Positions 46,015 through 55,283 of a stretch of 64,000 nucleotides of DNA are shown here, in pieces. This DNA comes from an uncultured Chloroflexia bacterium. Its GTDB lineage: Bacteria; Chloroflexota; Chloroflexia; Thermomicrobiales; Thermomicrobiaceae. Both the position numbers and the translations under genes were made by a program. Numbering within the stretch: position 1 is the stretch's first letter; each line of letters opens with the position of its first letter. The DNA is taken from positions 11,004 through 75,003 of the forward strand of contig CAWBKX010000001.1 of the NCBI GenBank assembly GCA_963789565.1. The letters run 5' to 3'. A model generated the notes under the pieces. It did not search any database. It worked only from the letters and a program-made list of their open reading frames with translations, and was not told where the DNA came from.

Positions 46015-47697
46015 TCAGTCGAAGGTAACGAGGCCGCGATCGGTGACACGTGCCTCAGGAATCACCGAGAGCGCCATGAATGAAAGGAGGCCGAACGGCG
46101 CGGGAACCGCGCTTCCAAAGGACCGAGCGATCTCTTCCAAATGCTCGTAGCGCTCGGTCACCACTTCAAGCGGCTCGGGCGAAAGAATTCCCGCGATCGG
46201 CAATGCGAGCCGGCCAAGCACCTCGCCACTCCGCGCGGCCGCCAAGCCACCTTGCATCTCAGCCACGGCTTCGATCGCCTTCAAGATATCCGCATCTGTC
46301 ACGCCCACGGCCACGATATTGTGCGCGTCGTGCGCGATCGATGAGGCCAACGCCCCCTCGTTCAACCCAAACCCATTCACGAGTCCCACACCAACGCGTC
46401 CGGTGGCATGGTGGCGTTCAACCACCACCAACTTGAGCAGGTCACGCTCCACGTCGGAGACGAGGCGGCCGTCTTCCGACTTCGGAATCACTTCCAGTTT
46501 GCGCGTCACGATCTGTCCTGGGATCGCGCCCACGGCGATCATGTGCGACTCGGCGCATGGTCTCAGATCGTCCATATCCAGCGGAGCCATGTTCATGGTG
46601 TGCAGCAATGTCTCAGGTACATCGGCATTGGATTCGAACAGTGCGGTTCCATCCCGTGCGACGGTCGCGCCGTCAAACATCACCAGTCTCGGTCGCACGT
46701 CGTCCAGCCGATCGAATACGACCAGATTGGCGCGATACCCGGGAGCGACCTGTCCGATCCAGGGCAGCCGCCAGTATTCGGCGGTCGCCAACGTCGCCAT
46801 GCGGATCGCGCGGATCGGGTCGAGCCCAGCGCTGATCGCTTTGCGCAGCACCGCGTCCATGTGTCCGTCGTGGAGCAGTGTGGCGCAATCGCGATCGTCG
46901 CTGGCGAAGCAGCAGCGTGGATAGGTAGCGTCGGTGACGAGCGGCAGCAATTCAAGAAGATTGTGCTCGGTCGAACCTTCACGAATCATGATCATCATGC
47001 CGCGGCGCAGCTTTTCGCGCGCCTCTTCCAGCTCAGTCGACTCATGGTCGGAGCTCATCCCCGATCCGGCGTACGCGTTCACCGCCACGCCACGCAATCC
47101 GGGAGCGTGGCCGTCGCGTCTCGGAAACGGCAGTATAAGCTTGTCGTAGATCGCCTCATCACCGTTGAGCACACCCGGGAAATTCATCATCTCACCAAGG
47201 CCGACAACGTTCGGCAGTTCCATCGCGTGCTTGATCACCTCTGTGGTCATTTCGGCGCCGGAGCTCTCCATGTGGCTTGCAGGAACGCAGGACGGGATCG
47301 TGAAGAAGAGGTCGACAGACAGGCCGCGTGCCGCGTTCATCAGCGCCTCAATCCCGTCGAGTCCCGCCACGTTGGCGATCTCGTGAGGATCGGTGACGAC
47401 GGCCCCAGTGCCTCGCGGTACGACCGCGCGCGCGAATTGATCGACCCACAGGAGTGAGCTTTCCACATGCACGTGGCCGTCGATGAACGACGGCGCCAGA
47501 TAGCTCCCGGCCAGATCGACAACTTCGTCCGCGTCCTGATAGTCACCCACGCCCGCGATCTTGCCGTCGCAAATGGCCACGTTGACGCTTTCGATCTCGC
47601 CTGAGGCGACGTTCACCAGTCGCGCATCCCGCAGCACCAGATCAGCTGCGGCCTGCTGCTGAGCAACAGAGAGGAAACGACGCCAGCGGTCGACCAT
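46015..47697 (-). CDS. ade: Adenine deaminase
   Basis: It has [24 protein letters not shown] and the typical two-domain length (~560 aa). Confidence 0.88.
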   Translation of the reverse strand: MVDRWRRFLSVAQQQAAADLVLRDARLVNVASGEIESVNVAICDGKIAGVGDYQDADEVVDLAGSYLAPSFIDGHVHVESSLLWVDQFARAVVPRGTGAVVTDPHEIANVAGLDGIEALMNAARGLSVDLFFTIPSCVPASHMESSGAEMTTEVIKHAMELPNVVGLGEMMNFPGVLNGDEAIYDKLILPFPRRDGHAPGLRGVAVNAYAGSGMSSDHESTELEEAREKLRRGMMIMIREGSTEHNLLELLPLVTDATYPRCCFASDDRDCATLLHDGHMDAVLRKAISAGLDPIRAIRMATLATAEYWRLPWIGQVAPGYRANLVVFDRLDDVRPRLVMFDGATVARDGTALFESNADVPETLLHTMNMAPLDMDDLRPCAESHMIAVGAIPGQIVTRKLEVIPKSEDGRLVSDVERDLLKLVVVERHHATGRVGVGLVNGFGLNEGALASSIAHDAHNIVAVGVTDADILKAIEAVAEMQGGLAAARSGEVLGRLALPIAGILSPEPLEVVTERYEHLEEIARSFGSAVPAPFGLLSFMALSVIPEARVTDRGLVTFD

Positions 47698-47733
47698 TCA
47701 ATGCTTCCTTTCCTTCTCGCGGACGGATTCGGG

Positions 47734-48216
47734 CTAGTCGACGAGGCGACGTTCGATGAGGGCGATCGCGTCGTTGAGGATGATGAGCTGTTGTCGCGCG
47801 ATGTCGCCGATCTGTTCGCGCAACGCAAAGGGCAGTTCGTGATGAACGCGCACACCGACACCGTGGTCGTTTTCGTCCCACCAGGCTTCTTCGGTTCTAC
47901 TCAGAAGCCCGCGCGCGACCGCTGGTAGTGACACTCGCGCCAGTCGTTCCAGTCCTTCGCGCCGTCGCTCATCCTCTTCTTCCCAGAAGAGTCCGGGAGA
48001 TATGTCCCACACATCAAGGTCAAAGCCATCGGCGCCGACGCGCACATCGATGCGCCCCATGTCCGTGTCGGACGCCACCGTCCAGCGGCTCTGTTCGTCG
48101 ACCGTCATATACGCGTAGAGTCCCATGCCACGCAGCACCTCGATGACCGGCCGGAGCGCATCGCGGTCAGTTGATCGATTGACGATGTCGTCACGGCCTT
48201 CCGAGTTGAGCGACAA
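47734..48216 (-). CDS. Hypothetical acidic protein, co-oriented downstream of the MerR gene
   Basis: A 160-aa ORF with a 22-nt gap to the upstream MerR gene and a 36-nt gap to ade. I recognise no motif. Confidence 0.5.
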   Translation of the reverse strand: MSLNSEGRDDIVNRSTDRDALRPVIEVLRGMGLYAYMTVDEQSRWTVASDTDMGRIDVRVGADGFDLDVWDISPGLFWEEEDERRREGLERLARVSLPAVARGLLSRTEEAWWDENDHGVGVRVHHELPFALREQIGDIARQQLIILNDAIALIERRLVD

Positions 48217-48238
48217 AAGGATCCTCCGAGATTGACGT

Positions 48239-48652
48239 TCAGCGTTCTGGGTGGTCCGAAACGAAGAGCTGACGGCCGGTATTCAACAGTACTCTCGCGA
48301 GGTTGATCGCCTCCGGCTCGAGGTTGGCGCGCACATGCAGTTCGACACCAGGTGTGATCTCCCAGCGTTGCCAGGTCTCGAACTCGCGCCCGAGATTTTC
48401 CGCACCGGGGCGAGGTTCTCCCAGCCGTCGCCGTATCTGATCGAGCCCGACGTTGGCATCACGTAATGCCTGAATCTGGCGCACGCGATCGAGATGCAGT
48501 CGGTCATAGTGCGCAGCGCGGCCACGACCGTGCGGCGCTGCCAGCAAGCCCTCCGCCACGAAGTGTCGAATACGGCGAACCGGCACCCCGGAATGCTCGG
48601 AAAGCTGGTGAATCGTCATTGCGGCTGGTGCGGATGGCTGTCGTTCGTTCAC
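48239..48652 (-). CDS. MerR family transcriptional regulator (no Cys, so not a CueR/MerR-type thiolate metal sensor)
   Basis: It has MTIHQLSEHSGVPVRRIRHFVAEGLL ... YDRLHLDRVRQIQALRDANVGLDQIRRRL. Confidence 0.8.
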   Translation of the reverse strand: MNERQPSAPAAMTIHQLSEHSGVPVRRIRHFVAEGLLAAPHGRGRAAHYDRLHLDRVRQIQALRDANVGLDQIRRRLGEPRPGAENLGREFETWQRWEITPGVELHVRANLEPEAINLARVLLNTGRQLFVSDHPER

Positions 48653-48666
48653 GCCACTCCTGACAA

Positions 48667-48697
48667 TTGACGCGCGGAATGGGCCATGCGCTAATAA
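48667..48697 (+). promoter_or_regulatory. MerR-type promoter candidate: TTGACG - 19 nt - TAATAA facing the BON-domain gene
   Basis: The -35-like TTGACG is at 48667-48672. The -10-like TAATAA(T) is at 48692-48697. The spacer is exactly 19 nt by count. It sits in the divergent merR/BON intergenic region. Confidence 0.4.
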
Positions 48698-48767
48698 TAA
48701 CTGTACATATCAAGAGCCCGACGCCGATCACGACCCAGATCGCGATGTGGCTGAGGAGGTTTGTAGC

Positions 48768-49505
48768 ATGCCGACTACTGACAAAACACGCGAGCAACAG
48801 ATCCGCGAACTGCTGGACGAAGCCGGGATCCCCGTGGCAGTCGAGGTCGACAACCGGGTGGCACGGCTGATCGGTCCGGTTGATTCGGAGCGACTCCGCG
48901 AAGCTGCCATTGACCTGGCCTCATCCGTCGATGGCATCCGACGTGTCGACGACGAGATGAGCTACGAAGTCGTCTCGCCTGACATGGTGACCGAGCCGAA
49001 CGATGATGACGAAGAGTTTGGCTATGCCGACGCGCAGTCTCTCGAAGACGACGTTTCCGATGAAGAGGACGACTTCGCCGGCCCCGTCGGCACGACCGAC
49101 CAGATTCAGGCGATTGAAGAGGGCGAAACCTACTTCGCGCCCATTGATCCGGTCGTGGAACCGTCGCGGAGAGGCCGCGGTCTCGAGGTCGTCGGCGGCT
49201 TTCAGACTGAGGCGACCGACGATACCGATGAGGAAGAGGAAGACGCCTTTGAGGGATCGATCGCATTCGATGCGGAGACCCGCGTCATCGATCGTGATGA
49301 TGACGACATTCAGGAGGACGTCCTGAGAGAGCTCCGCGAGGATGCGGAAACGACCACGTTGAACCTCGACGTGCGAGTCGTCCGCGGCGTCGTCTTCCTG
49401 CACGGCAAAGTCCAGTCGATTGACGACGCCGAGAACGCTGAATCGGTCGCGTCGCGCATCCCAGGCGTGGTGAGCGTCGAGGATCGCACCGACGTGGTCG
49501 AATAG
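48768..49505 (+). CDS. Protein with two BON domains joined by a long acidic linker
   Basis: ATG at 48768, 8 nt after GAGGAGG. The BON-like ends are VEVDNRVARLIGPVDSERLREAAIDLASSVDGIRRVDDE and VRVVRGVVFLHGKVQSIDDAENAESVASRIPGVVSVEDR. Confidence 0.7.
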   Translation: MPTTDKTREQQIRELLDEAGIPVAVEVDNRVARLIGPVDSERLREAAIDLASSVDGIRRVDDEMSYEVVSPDMVTEPNDDDEEFGYADAQSLEDDVSDEEDDFAGPVGTTDQIQAIEEGETYFAPIDPVVEPSRRGRGLEVVGGFQTEATDDTDEEEEDAFEGSIAFDAETRVIDRDDDDIQEDVLRELREDAETTTLNLDVRVVRGVVFLHGKVQSIDDAENAESVASRIPGVVSVEDRTDVVE

Positions 49506-49513
49506 TTCCGACC

Positions 49514-50335
49514 TTGTCGAGTCCGCTCGCACCTGAGCCGCGTCCAGGGACGCCGCTGGTCGGTGTCGTCCATCTGGCCGCCCTACCGGGCTCGCCGTTG
49601 AACACGCTCAGATTCGAACAAATTCGTGAACGGGCTCTCGCCGACGCCGCCAGCTATGAGCTTGGCGGCACTGCCGCGCTCATCCTCGAGAACTTTGGCG
49701 ACGTCCCCTACGCGAAAGGCAGCGTCGCTCCCCACGTTGTCGCCGCAATAACGACGATTGTCGACCGACTCAAATCACTGACGAATCTCCCCATCGGCGT
49801 CAATCTTCTGCGCAACGATGCGCGAGCAGCACTCGGCGTGGCCGCCGCGACCGGTGCTCAATTCATTCGGGTCAACGTGCACACGGGGGCCATGGTCACG
49901 GATCAGGGGATCATCGAGGGCGAAGCGCATCAAACGCTGCGATACCGTCAGTTCTTAGGAGCGACCACCGAGATCTGGGCCGATGTGCACGTCAAACACG
50001 GCGCGCCGCTCGGTAGTGAAACGATCAAACAGGCGGCCGAGGACGCGGTTTTACGCGGGCTGGCCGATGCCGTCATCGTCAGCGGCTCGGGAACCGGCCA
50101 CGCCACCGACCCACGCGACGTGCGACGCGTGCGCGCACAACTGCCTGAAACGCGCATCTTCATTGGCAGCGGCGTCTCACCCGAGACGATCCCGACGCTA
50201 TACCCATTCGCGTCAGGATTCATTGTAGGTACCTGGGCTAAAGAGGATGGAGACGTCCGCCGTCCTGTCGATCCGCAACGCGTGGCGCGCCTGATCGAGG
50301 CGATACGGATTGCGGGCTCAGCGCACTCAGGATAA
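49514..50335 (+). CDS. BtpA/SgcQ family TIM-barrel protein
   Basis: It has GVVHLAALPGSP ... LILENFGDVPY ... NLLRNDA ... FIRVNVH. The start is TTG. Confidence 0.7.
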   Translation: MSSPLAPEPRPGTPLVGVVHLAALPGSPLNTLRFEQIRERALADAASYELGGTAALILENFGDVPYAKGSVAPHVVAAITTIVDRLKSLTNLPIGVNLLRNDARAALGVAAATGAQFIRVNVHTGAMVTDQGIIEGEAHQTLRYRQFLGATTEIWADVHVKHGAPLGSETIKQAAEDAVLRGLADAVIVSGSGTGHATDPRDVRRVRAQLPETRIFIGSGVSPETIPTLYPFASGFIVGTWAKEDGDVRRPVDPQRVARLIEAIRIAGSAHSG

Positions 50336-50358
50336 TCGCCAACGGCGCGCTTCGCGCG

Positions 50359-52068
50359 TTATGGAATGCGGTAATCGAGCACTTCCATCGACGCCTGATT
50401 GCGGCCGTTCCAGGAGTCGAGCTTGAGTTCAAAGACCAAGTCCATCGACTGTCGCGTGAAGAATTGCGGCACGTCCTCCGCACCGTTGAAGAAGATGGCG
50501 CGCGCACTCACGCCGCTGGCCGTTTCCACTTGAAACTGAAGATGTTTGCCATTTTTCGTCAACTTGGGCGAACTGACTCGAACTGAGCGGACCAGCAGAC
50601 GCGGCGACGGATTCCCTTGCCCGAACGGCTCCAACTGCGTTATTTGACCTGCGGTGTCGACCGTCAACTCGCGCCCATACAGCTCGGCGTCGATTTCCAA
50701 CGTCGGGGCCGGTGGCTGAGCGCCAAAGGTTCGGTCGGAGAGCTCGATCAGACGCGCCTCAAGTTCGACGAGGTTGCGCGTCTGAATCGTCAGGCCGGCT
50801 GCCTGGCTATGTCCACCATGTTCGACGAGGATGTCCTCACACGCGGCCAGCGCCTCGACAATGTTGAAGCCCTGGATGCTGCGCGCTGATCCGCGACTGA
50901 CATCCGATCCCATGCTGAACGCCAGCGACGGGCGATTGAAGCGCTCCGTGAGCTTGCCCGCAACCAACCCAACCAGCCCCACACTCCAGTCGTGACCGCC
51001 CACAACGAGCAGCGGCGCCATGTCTCCAGACCCCATCGCTTTGGCCTCAGCGACGTCGAGCATTTGTTGCACTTTGCGTTGTCGCTCGGTGTTGAGCCTC
51101 CCAAGCTCGAATGCCAGCCGGTCCGCGGTCGACTCGTCATCGGTCAGCAACATCTCGAGCGCCGTTGTCGGATCGGCCATGCGCCCCGCGGCGTTGATCC
51201 GTGGACCCAACACAAAGCCGCAATGCCGGCTGGTGATCGCGCTTGGGTCGAGTCCTGAGCTCAATGCCAGCGATCGCAGTCCGACAGGACCAGATGCAGC
51301 CAAGCGCTTCAGTCCCTCGAACGTCAGAATTCGATTGTCACCAGTCAGTGGAACCACGTCCGCCACGGTGCCGAGGGCGACGAGCGGTAGGAATTCCCTG
51401 GCGGCATCATCCCCAAGGAGCGCCCGCACCAGATGGTACGTGACGCCCACGGCGGCGAGATCCCGGAACGGATAACGAGATTCCGCGCGCTGCGGCGACA
51501 CGAACGCGGTATCTGGGAGCGATGCATTTCCCACGTGGTGGTGATCGACGACGATCGTCGTGAGGCTGAGACTGTGTGCGTGTTCAAGCTCTGCCTCATC
51601 GCTCGTGCCGCAATCGAGCGCGATTAGGAGAGAGGCACCCGTTTGGGCGATCTCATCGATCGCCGCAACGTTCAGCCCGTAGCCGTCCCGCTCACGATGT
51701 GGCAGCCGGGTGATGCTGCGAGCGCCCATGCGATCGAGGGCGCGTTTGAGCGTCGCCGTGGACGTGATGCCGTCGACGTCGTAATCGCCGAAGATCGCGA
51801 TGAGTTCTCCGGATTGGATGGCGTGTCGGATCCGATCGACGGCCAGATCCATCTCTGGCAACAAGAAGGGGTCGGACAGGCGGCTCAAATCCGGCGCCAG
51901 GAACGCATCCACGTCGGACGCGGCAGTCAGACCGCGATGAGCAAGTATGGAACTGATCAACGGAGAATCGGTGATGTTCCAGTGTTCGTCGGCACATGCG
52001 GTCGGCTCGACCCAGCGATAGCGAGTCACCAGGAGCTTCTTCGACTGAGACTGAAGGTGAACGTACAC
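50359..52068 (-). CDS. recJ: Single-stranded-DNA-specific exonuclease RecJ
   Basis: It has IFGDYDVDGITSTA, LIALDCG, IVVDHH and a GGH motif (EHGGHSQAAG). Confidence 0.88.
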   Translation of the reverse strand: MYVHLQSQSKKLLVTRYRWVEPTACADEHWNITDSPLISSILAHRGLTAASDVDAFLAPDLSRLSDPFLLPEMDLAVDRIRHAIQSGELIAIFGDYDVDGITSTATLKRALDRMGARSITRLPHRERDGYGLNVAAIDEIAQTGASLLIALDCGTSDEAELEHAHSLSLTTIVVDHHHVGNASLPDTAFVSPQRAESRYPFRDLAAVGVTYHLVRALLGDDAAREFLPLVALGTVADVVPLTGDNRILTFEGLKRLAASGPVGLRSLALSSGLDPSAITSRHCGFVLGPRINAAGRMADPTTALEMLLTDDESTADRLAFELGRLNTERQRKVQQMLDVAEAKAMGSGDMAPLLVVGGHDWSVGLVGLVAGKLTERFNRPSLAFSMGSDVSRGSARSIQGFNIVEALAACEDILVEHGGHSQAAGLTIQTRNLVELEARLIELSDRTFGAQPPAPTLEIDAELYGRELTVDTAGQITQLEPFGQGNPSPRLLVRSVRVSSPKLTKNGKHLQFQVETASGVSARAIFFNGAEDVPQFFTRQSMDLVFELKLDSWNGRNQASMEVLDYRIP

Positions 52069-52123
52069 ATATCGTCGATCTTAGCAGATCCTGGCGGGAG
52101 AGGCAGGGGGACCATTAGCCGGT

Positions 52124-52930
52124 TCACGGCTCCTGGCGTCGCACGTGGACGGCGTTGGCCAGCTCACGTCCGATGATGTGCTCTTCACCGAGCACCCGAA
52201 TCCGAAGCGGACCTCCAAAGGGGAATCGTTCGACCAATTCGACCAACGCGTTGGGATACAAACCAAGTCCGCCCAAGTAGCGCAGCATCTCCGCGTCGCG
52301 GTCCCACACCCGCTCCACGGTGGCCTCGTCGCCCATCTTCAGGTCCGCCAGCAGCAATTGCGTCGTAGGTTGGATATCGCCTTCAGCCGACGGGATCGGA
52401 TCGCCATGCGGGTCAGTCGTTGGATAGCCAAGCACGCGGTCGATGCGCGCCTCAAACTCCTCGGAAATACTGTGCTCGAGTTGTTCAGCCTCGGCATGCA
52501 CTTCGTCCCACGAGTATCCGAGGGCGTCGGCAAGGTAAAGTTCTAGCAGGCGATGATGCCGGACGACTTCGAGTGCCGCACGCTCGCCGGTCAACGTCAG
52601 CAGTACGCCGCGATATGGAGTGTGTTCGACCAAATTCATGTCCGCCAGGCGCTTGATCATATTCGTCACGGACGGGCTCTGAACCTTGAGTCGTTCGGCG
52701 ATCGCCTGCGTCGTTACCTTCTCACTCTCGGATTGCAGGCTGTAAATGACCTTGAGGTAATCCTCCATGGCATGGGTGATGACGTCGTCTTTACGTGCGG
52801 TGCTGGAAGCGGTCGTTTCGTCGGCCAAAACGTAGGTCCATTCGCGTAGGTGGGGCAATCTGAAGTGCAAGCCGTCGCTGCGGTCCCCGGTGTTTGATGC
52901 GTCGATGCGGTTTCTTAGAGTATACGTCAT
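52124..52930 (-). CDS. DtxR/MntR family metal-dependent transcriptional regulator with C-terminal FeoA/SH3-like domain
   Basis: It has MEDYLKVIYSLQSE..KVTTQAIAERLKVQSPSVTNMIKRLA and HHRLLELYL. The start is uncertain: the conserved core begins at ATG 52768, and I list the upstream ATG 52930. Confidence 0.75.
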   Translation of the reverse strand: MTYTLRNRIDASNTGDRSDGLHFRLPHLREWTYVLADETTASSTARKDDVITHAMEDYLKVIYSLQSESEKVTTQAIAERLKVQSPSVTNMIKRLADMNLVEHTPYRGVLLTLTGERAALEVVRHHRLLELYLADALGYSWDEVHAEAEQLEHSISEEFEARIDRVLGYPTTDPHGDPIPSAEGDIQPTTQLLLADLKMGDEATVERVWDRDAEMLRYLGGLGLYPNALVELVERFPFGGPLRIRVLGEEHIIGRELANAVHVRRQEP

Positions 52931-53007
52931 AGTGTGCCCGGGATTCCGTAGCGCGATGGGATCGCGCCGACGGTTGGTCGGGCAAATTCGGACCACCACG
53001 CGACACA

Positions 53008-53991
53008 ATGAGAGAATCAATTTCGCGAGACGCGGTGCGGGCTTCGGGCAACGCTCGCGCCGCTTCGGAGGATAATTTGCTGGGTCGACTTACTCGAGCT
53101 TCAATCGGTCTCATTGCCGCCGCGGGCGTGTCGGCACTCGCCTACTCAGCGGAGGTGGAGCCGCGTACGCTACGCCTCAGGCAGTTCCGCACCTGGATTC
53201 CCAATTTGCCAGATCAGCTCGAGGGACTTCGCGTCGCCTATCTCAGCGACTTCCACGTGGGTGGACCCGGATTCGGTGCCGAGCTGACCCGACAGGCATT
53301 CGAGACGATCGCCCAGGAGCAGCCGGACCTGGTGTTGCTTGGCGGAGATTATGTTGATCGCGGACATTGGGACGATTCATCGCCGGCATACGACGGATTG
53401 AAACAGTTCCCGAACGTGGTTGGCGTGCTCGGGAACCACGACTACCGTGGGGGCGAACCGGTAGTGGAAGCGATCCGCTCAGGGCTCGCCAGACGTGGTG
53501 TGGTGATTCTCCGCAACGAATCAATCAGCCTGCGCATGCGCGATGTGGACGTAACGATCACGGGCGTCGACGATCCCTACACGCGGCACGACGACTTCAA
53601 AACGGCGCTCTCAACCGGCACGTGGCCGCTGATTTTGCTGGCGCACGCTCCGGTCATTGAGGACCAACTTCGTCCCGGCATGGCCGGAATGATCCTATGC
53701 GGGCACACACACGGCGGGCAGATCCGCATCTCACCATGGCGAACACTCACCCCACTCGACTACACCTTTTATCTCGATCACGTTGTCGGTCGTCCGGTCT
53801 CTCGCTATCAGCGCGGGTTTCACTGGGCCAAAGGCAACCTGCTGTACGTGAGCAACGGAATCGGGACCACGCGCTGGCCGTTGAGATTCATGGCTCCGCC
53901 GGAGATCGCCATTTTCCATCTCAGTAAGACCGCGCCCCATCCGGACGAGCCATGCGACGATCCCAGTCGCTACATCGAAGACATTGGCTAG
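53008..53991 (+). CDS. Calcineurin-like metallophosphoesterase (YaeI-like, N-terminal TM)
   Basis: It has LSDFHVG, LGGDYVD, GNHDY and CGHTHGGQ. Confidence 0.8.
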   Translation: MRESISRDAVRASGNARAASEDNLLGRLTRASIGLIAAAGVSALAYSAEVEPRTLRLRQFRTWIPNLPDQLEGLRVAYLSDFHVGGPGFGAELTRQAFETIAQEQPDLVLLGGDYVDRGHWDDSSPAYDGLKQFPNVVGVLGNHDYRGGEPVVEAIRSGLARRGVVILRNESISLRMRDVDVTITGVDDPYTRHDDFKTALSTGTWPLILLAHAPVIEDQLRPGMAGMILCGHTHGGQIRISPWRTLTPLDYTFYLDHVVGRPVSRYQRGFHWAKGNLLYVSNGIGTTRWPLRFMAPPEIAIFHLSKTAPHPDEPCDDPSRYIEDIG

Positions 53992-54006
53992 CGAGCGTCG
54001 AAGACC

Positions 54007-55110
54007 ATGCAGGAGGTACCCGTGAAGCTGTCGGAGCCCATCCGTATACTGGCCATCGACGTCGGGGCCGGAACGCAAGACATCCTCGTCTACGAGAGCG
54101 ATAAACGTATCGAGAACTGCACCAAGCTCATCCTGCCGTCGCAGACGCAGGTCGTGGGGCGTCGTATTCGCGACGCGACCGCGCGTGGGGTTCCCATTTT
54201 TCTGGCAGGGTCGCTCATGGGCGGTGGTGAAAGTAGCGGTGCCATCGAAGCACACCTGGACGCCGGATTACCGGTCTTTGCGGCGGAGGGTCCCGCACGT
54301 ACTGTCCACAACGACCTCCAGCGCGTGGCCGATCGAGGTTTGAAGATTTGCACAGAGCCGCCCGCGGGTGCCGAGGTCGTGTGGCTGGACGACGTCGATC
54401 TGGACGGCATTCGGCTCACACTCGAGCGCTTCGGCGTGCTACTGCCGTCCCTGTTTGCCATCGCCGTGCAAGATCACGGGTACTTGCCCGGTGCCGGCGG
54501 ACGGGAGTTCCGGTACGAGTTTCTCCAAATGTTGCTGGAGCAAGGCGGCGATCTGCGCTCGATGCTCTTTCGTGAGGTGCCCGAGTACATGACGCGCATG
54601 TGGGCCATCAAGCAACGCATTCCCGGCGCCGCTGTGATGGATACCGGCGCCGCAGCAGTGTTGGGGATCATGGGCGATCCGTTGGTCGCCAAATCGGTAG
54701 CTGACGACGGCGCGATTCTCGTCAACATCGGCAACATGCACACATTCGCTATCGCGGTCCGTGCGGGACGAGTCTACGGGATCGTCGAGCACCACACCGG
54801 CGGCATAACGCCGACGACGTTGCGGCATCTGGTGGAACGGCTTTCGAGCGGAGCTTTGACGCATGACGAGGTCGTTTCCAATGGCGGTCACGGCGCGGCC
54901 TTTGTGCCCGACTATCCTGACTCAGGTCCGTTCGGCTTGGTCGCGATCACCGGTCCGAACCGGGCGATTGCACGTGAGCTTGGCTACTACCAGGCTGTTC
55001 CACATGGCGACATGATGCTGGCCGGGCCTTACGGCCTGGTCGAGGGAATGCTGCGTTTGCTGGAGCGCGAGGGCCACGACGTTCCACACACCCTCGTTGC
55101 GCATGTCTAG
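54007..55110 (+). CDS. ASKHA (actin/hexokinase-like ATPase) fold protein of unknown function (DUF1786-like, tentative)
   Basis: The N-terminal ILAIDVGAGTQDILVY resembles the phosphate-1 motif. There is a second Gly-rich block, AVMDTGAAAVLG. Confidence 0.5.
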   Translation: MQEVPVKLSEPIRILAIDVGAGTQDILVYESDKRIENCTKLILPSQTQVVGRRIRDATARGVPIFLAGSLMGGGESSGAIEAHLDAGLPVFAAEGPARTVHNDLQRVADRGLKICTEPPAGAEVVWLDDVDLDGIRLTLERFGVLLPSLFAIAVQDHGYLPGAGGREFRYEFLQMLLEQGGDLRSMLFREVPEYMTRMWAIKQRIPGAAVMDTGAAAVLGIMGDPLVAKSVADDGAILVNIGNMHTFAIAVRAGRVYGIVEHHTGGITPTTLRHLVERLSSGALTHDEVVSNGGHGAAFVPDYPDSGPFGLVAITGPNRAIARELGYYQAVPHGDMMLAGPYGLVEGMLRLLEREGHDVPHTLVAHV

Positions 55111-55283
55111 GGCGCGTTGCAATACGATGGTCCGACCTTTTCGTCTCACTCGGTAGAAACGACAATTGTGGCGCCTGTGTTGACCATCGACCGACGGTCT
55201 TGTGCGCCACAAATGTCGCCCAAACAGGCAATGACGAAACACGTCAATCCTGTTACAACCTGCGCTGGAAGGCCTGTGTGGGG

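Noticed and set aside
46408-47457. 349-aa plus-strand ORF
   Set aside because: It is antisense to adenine deaminase. It has no RBS and a shadow-frame composition.
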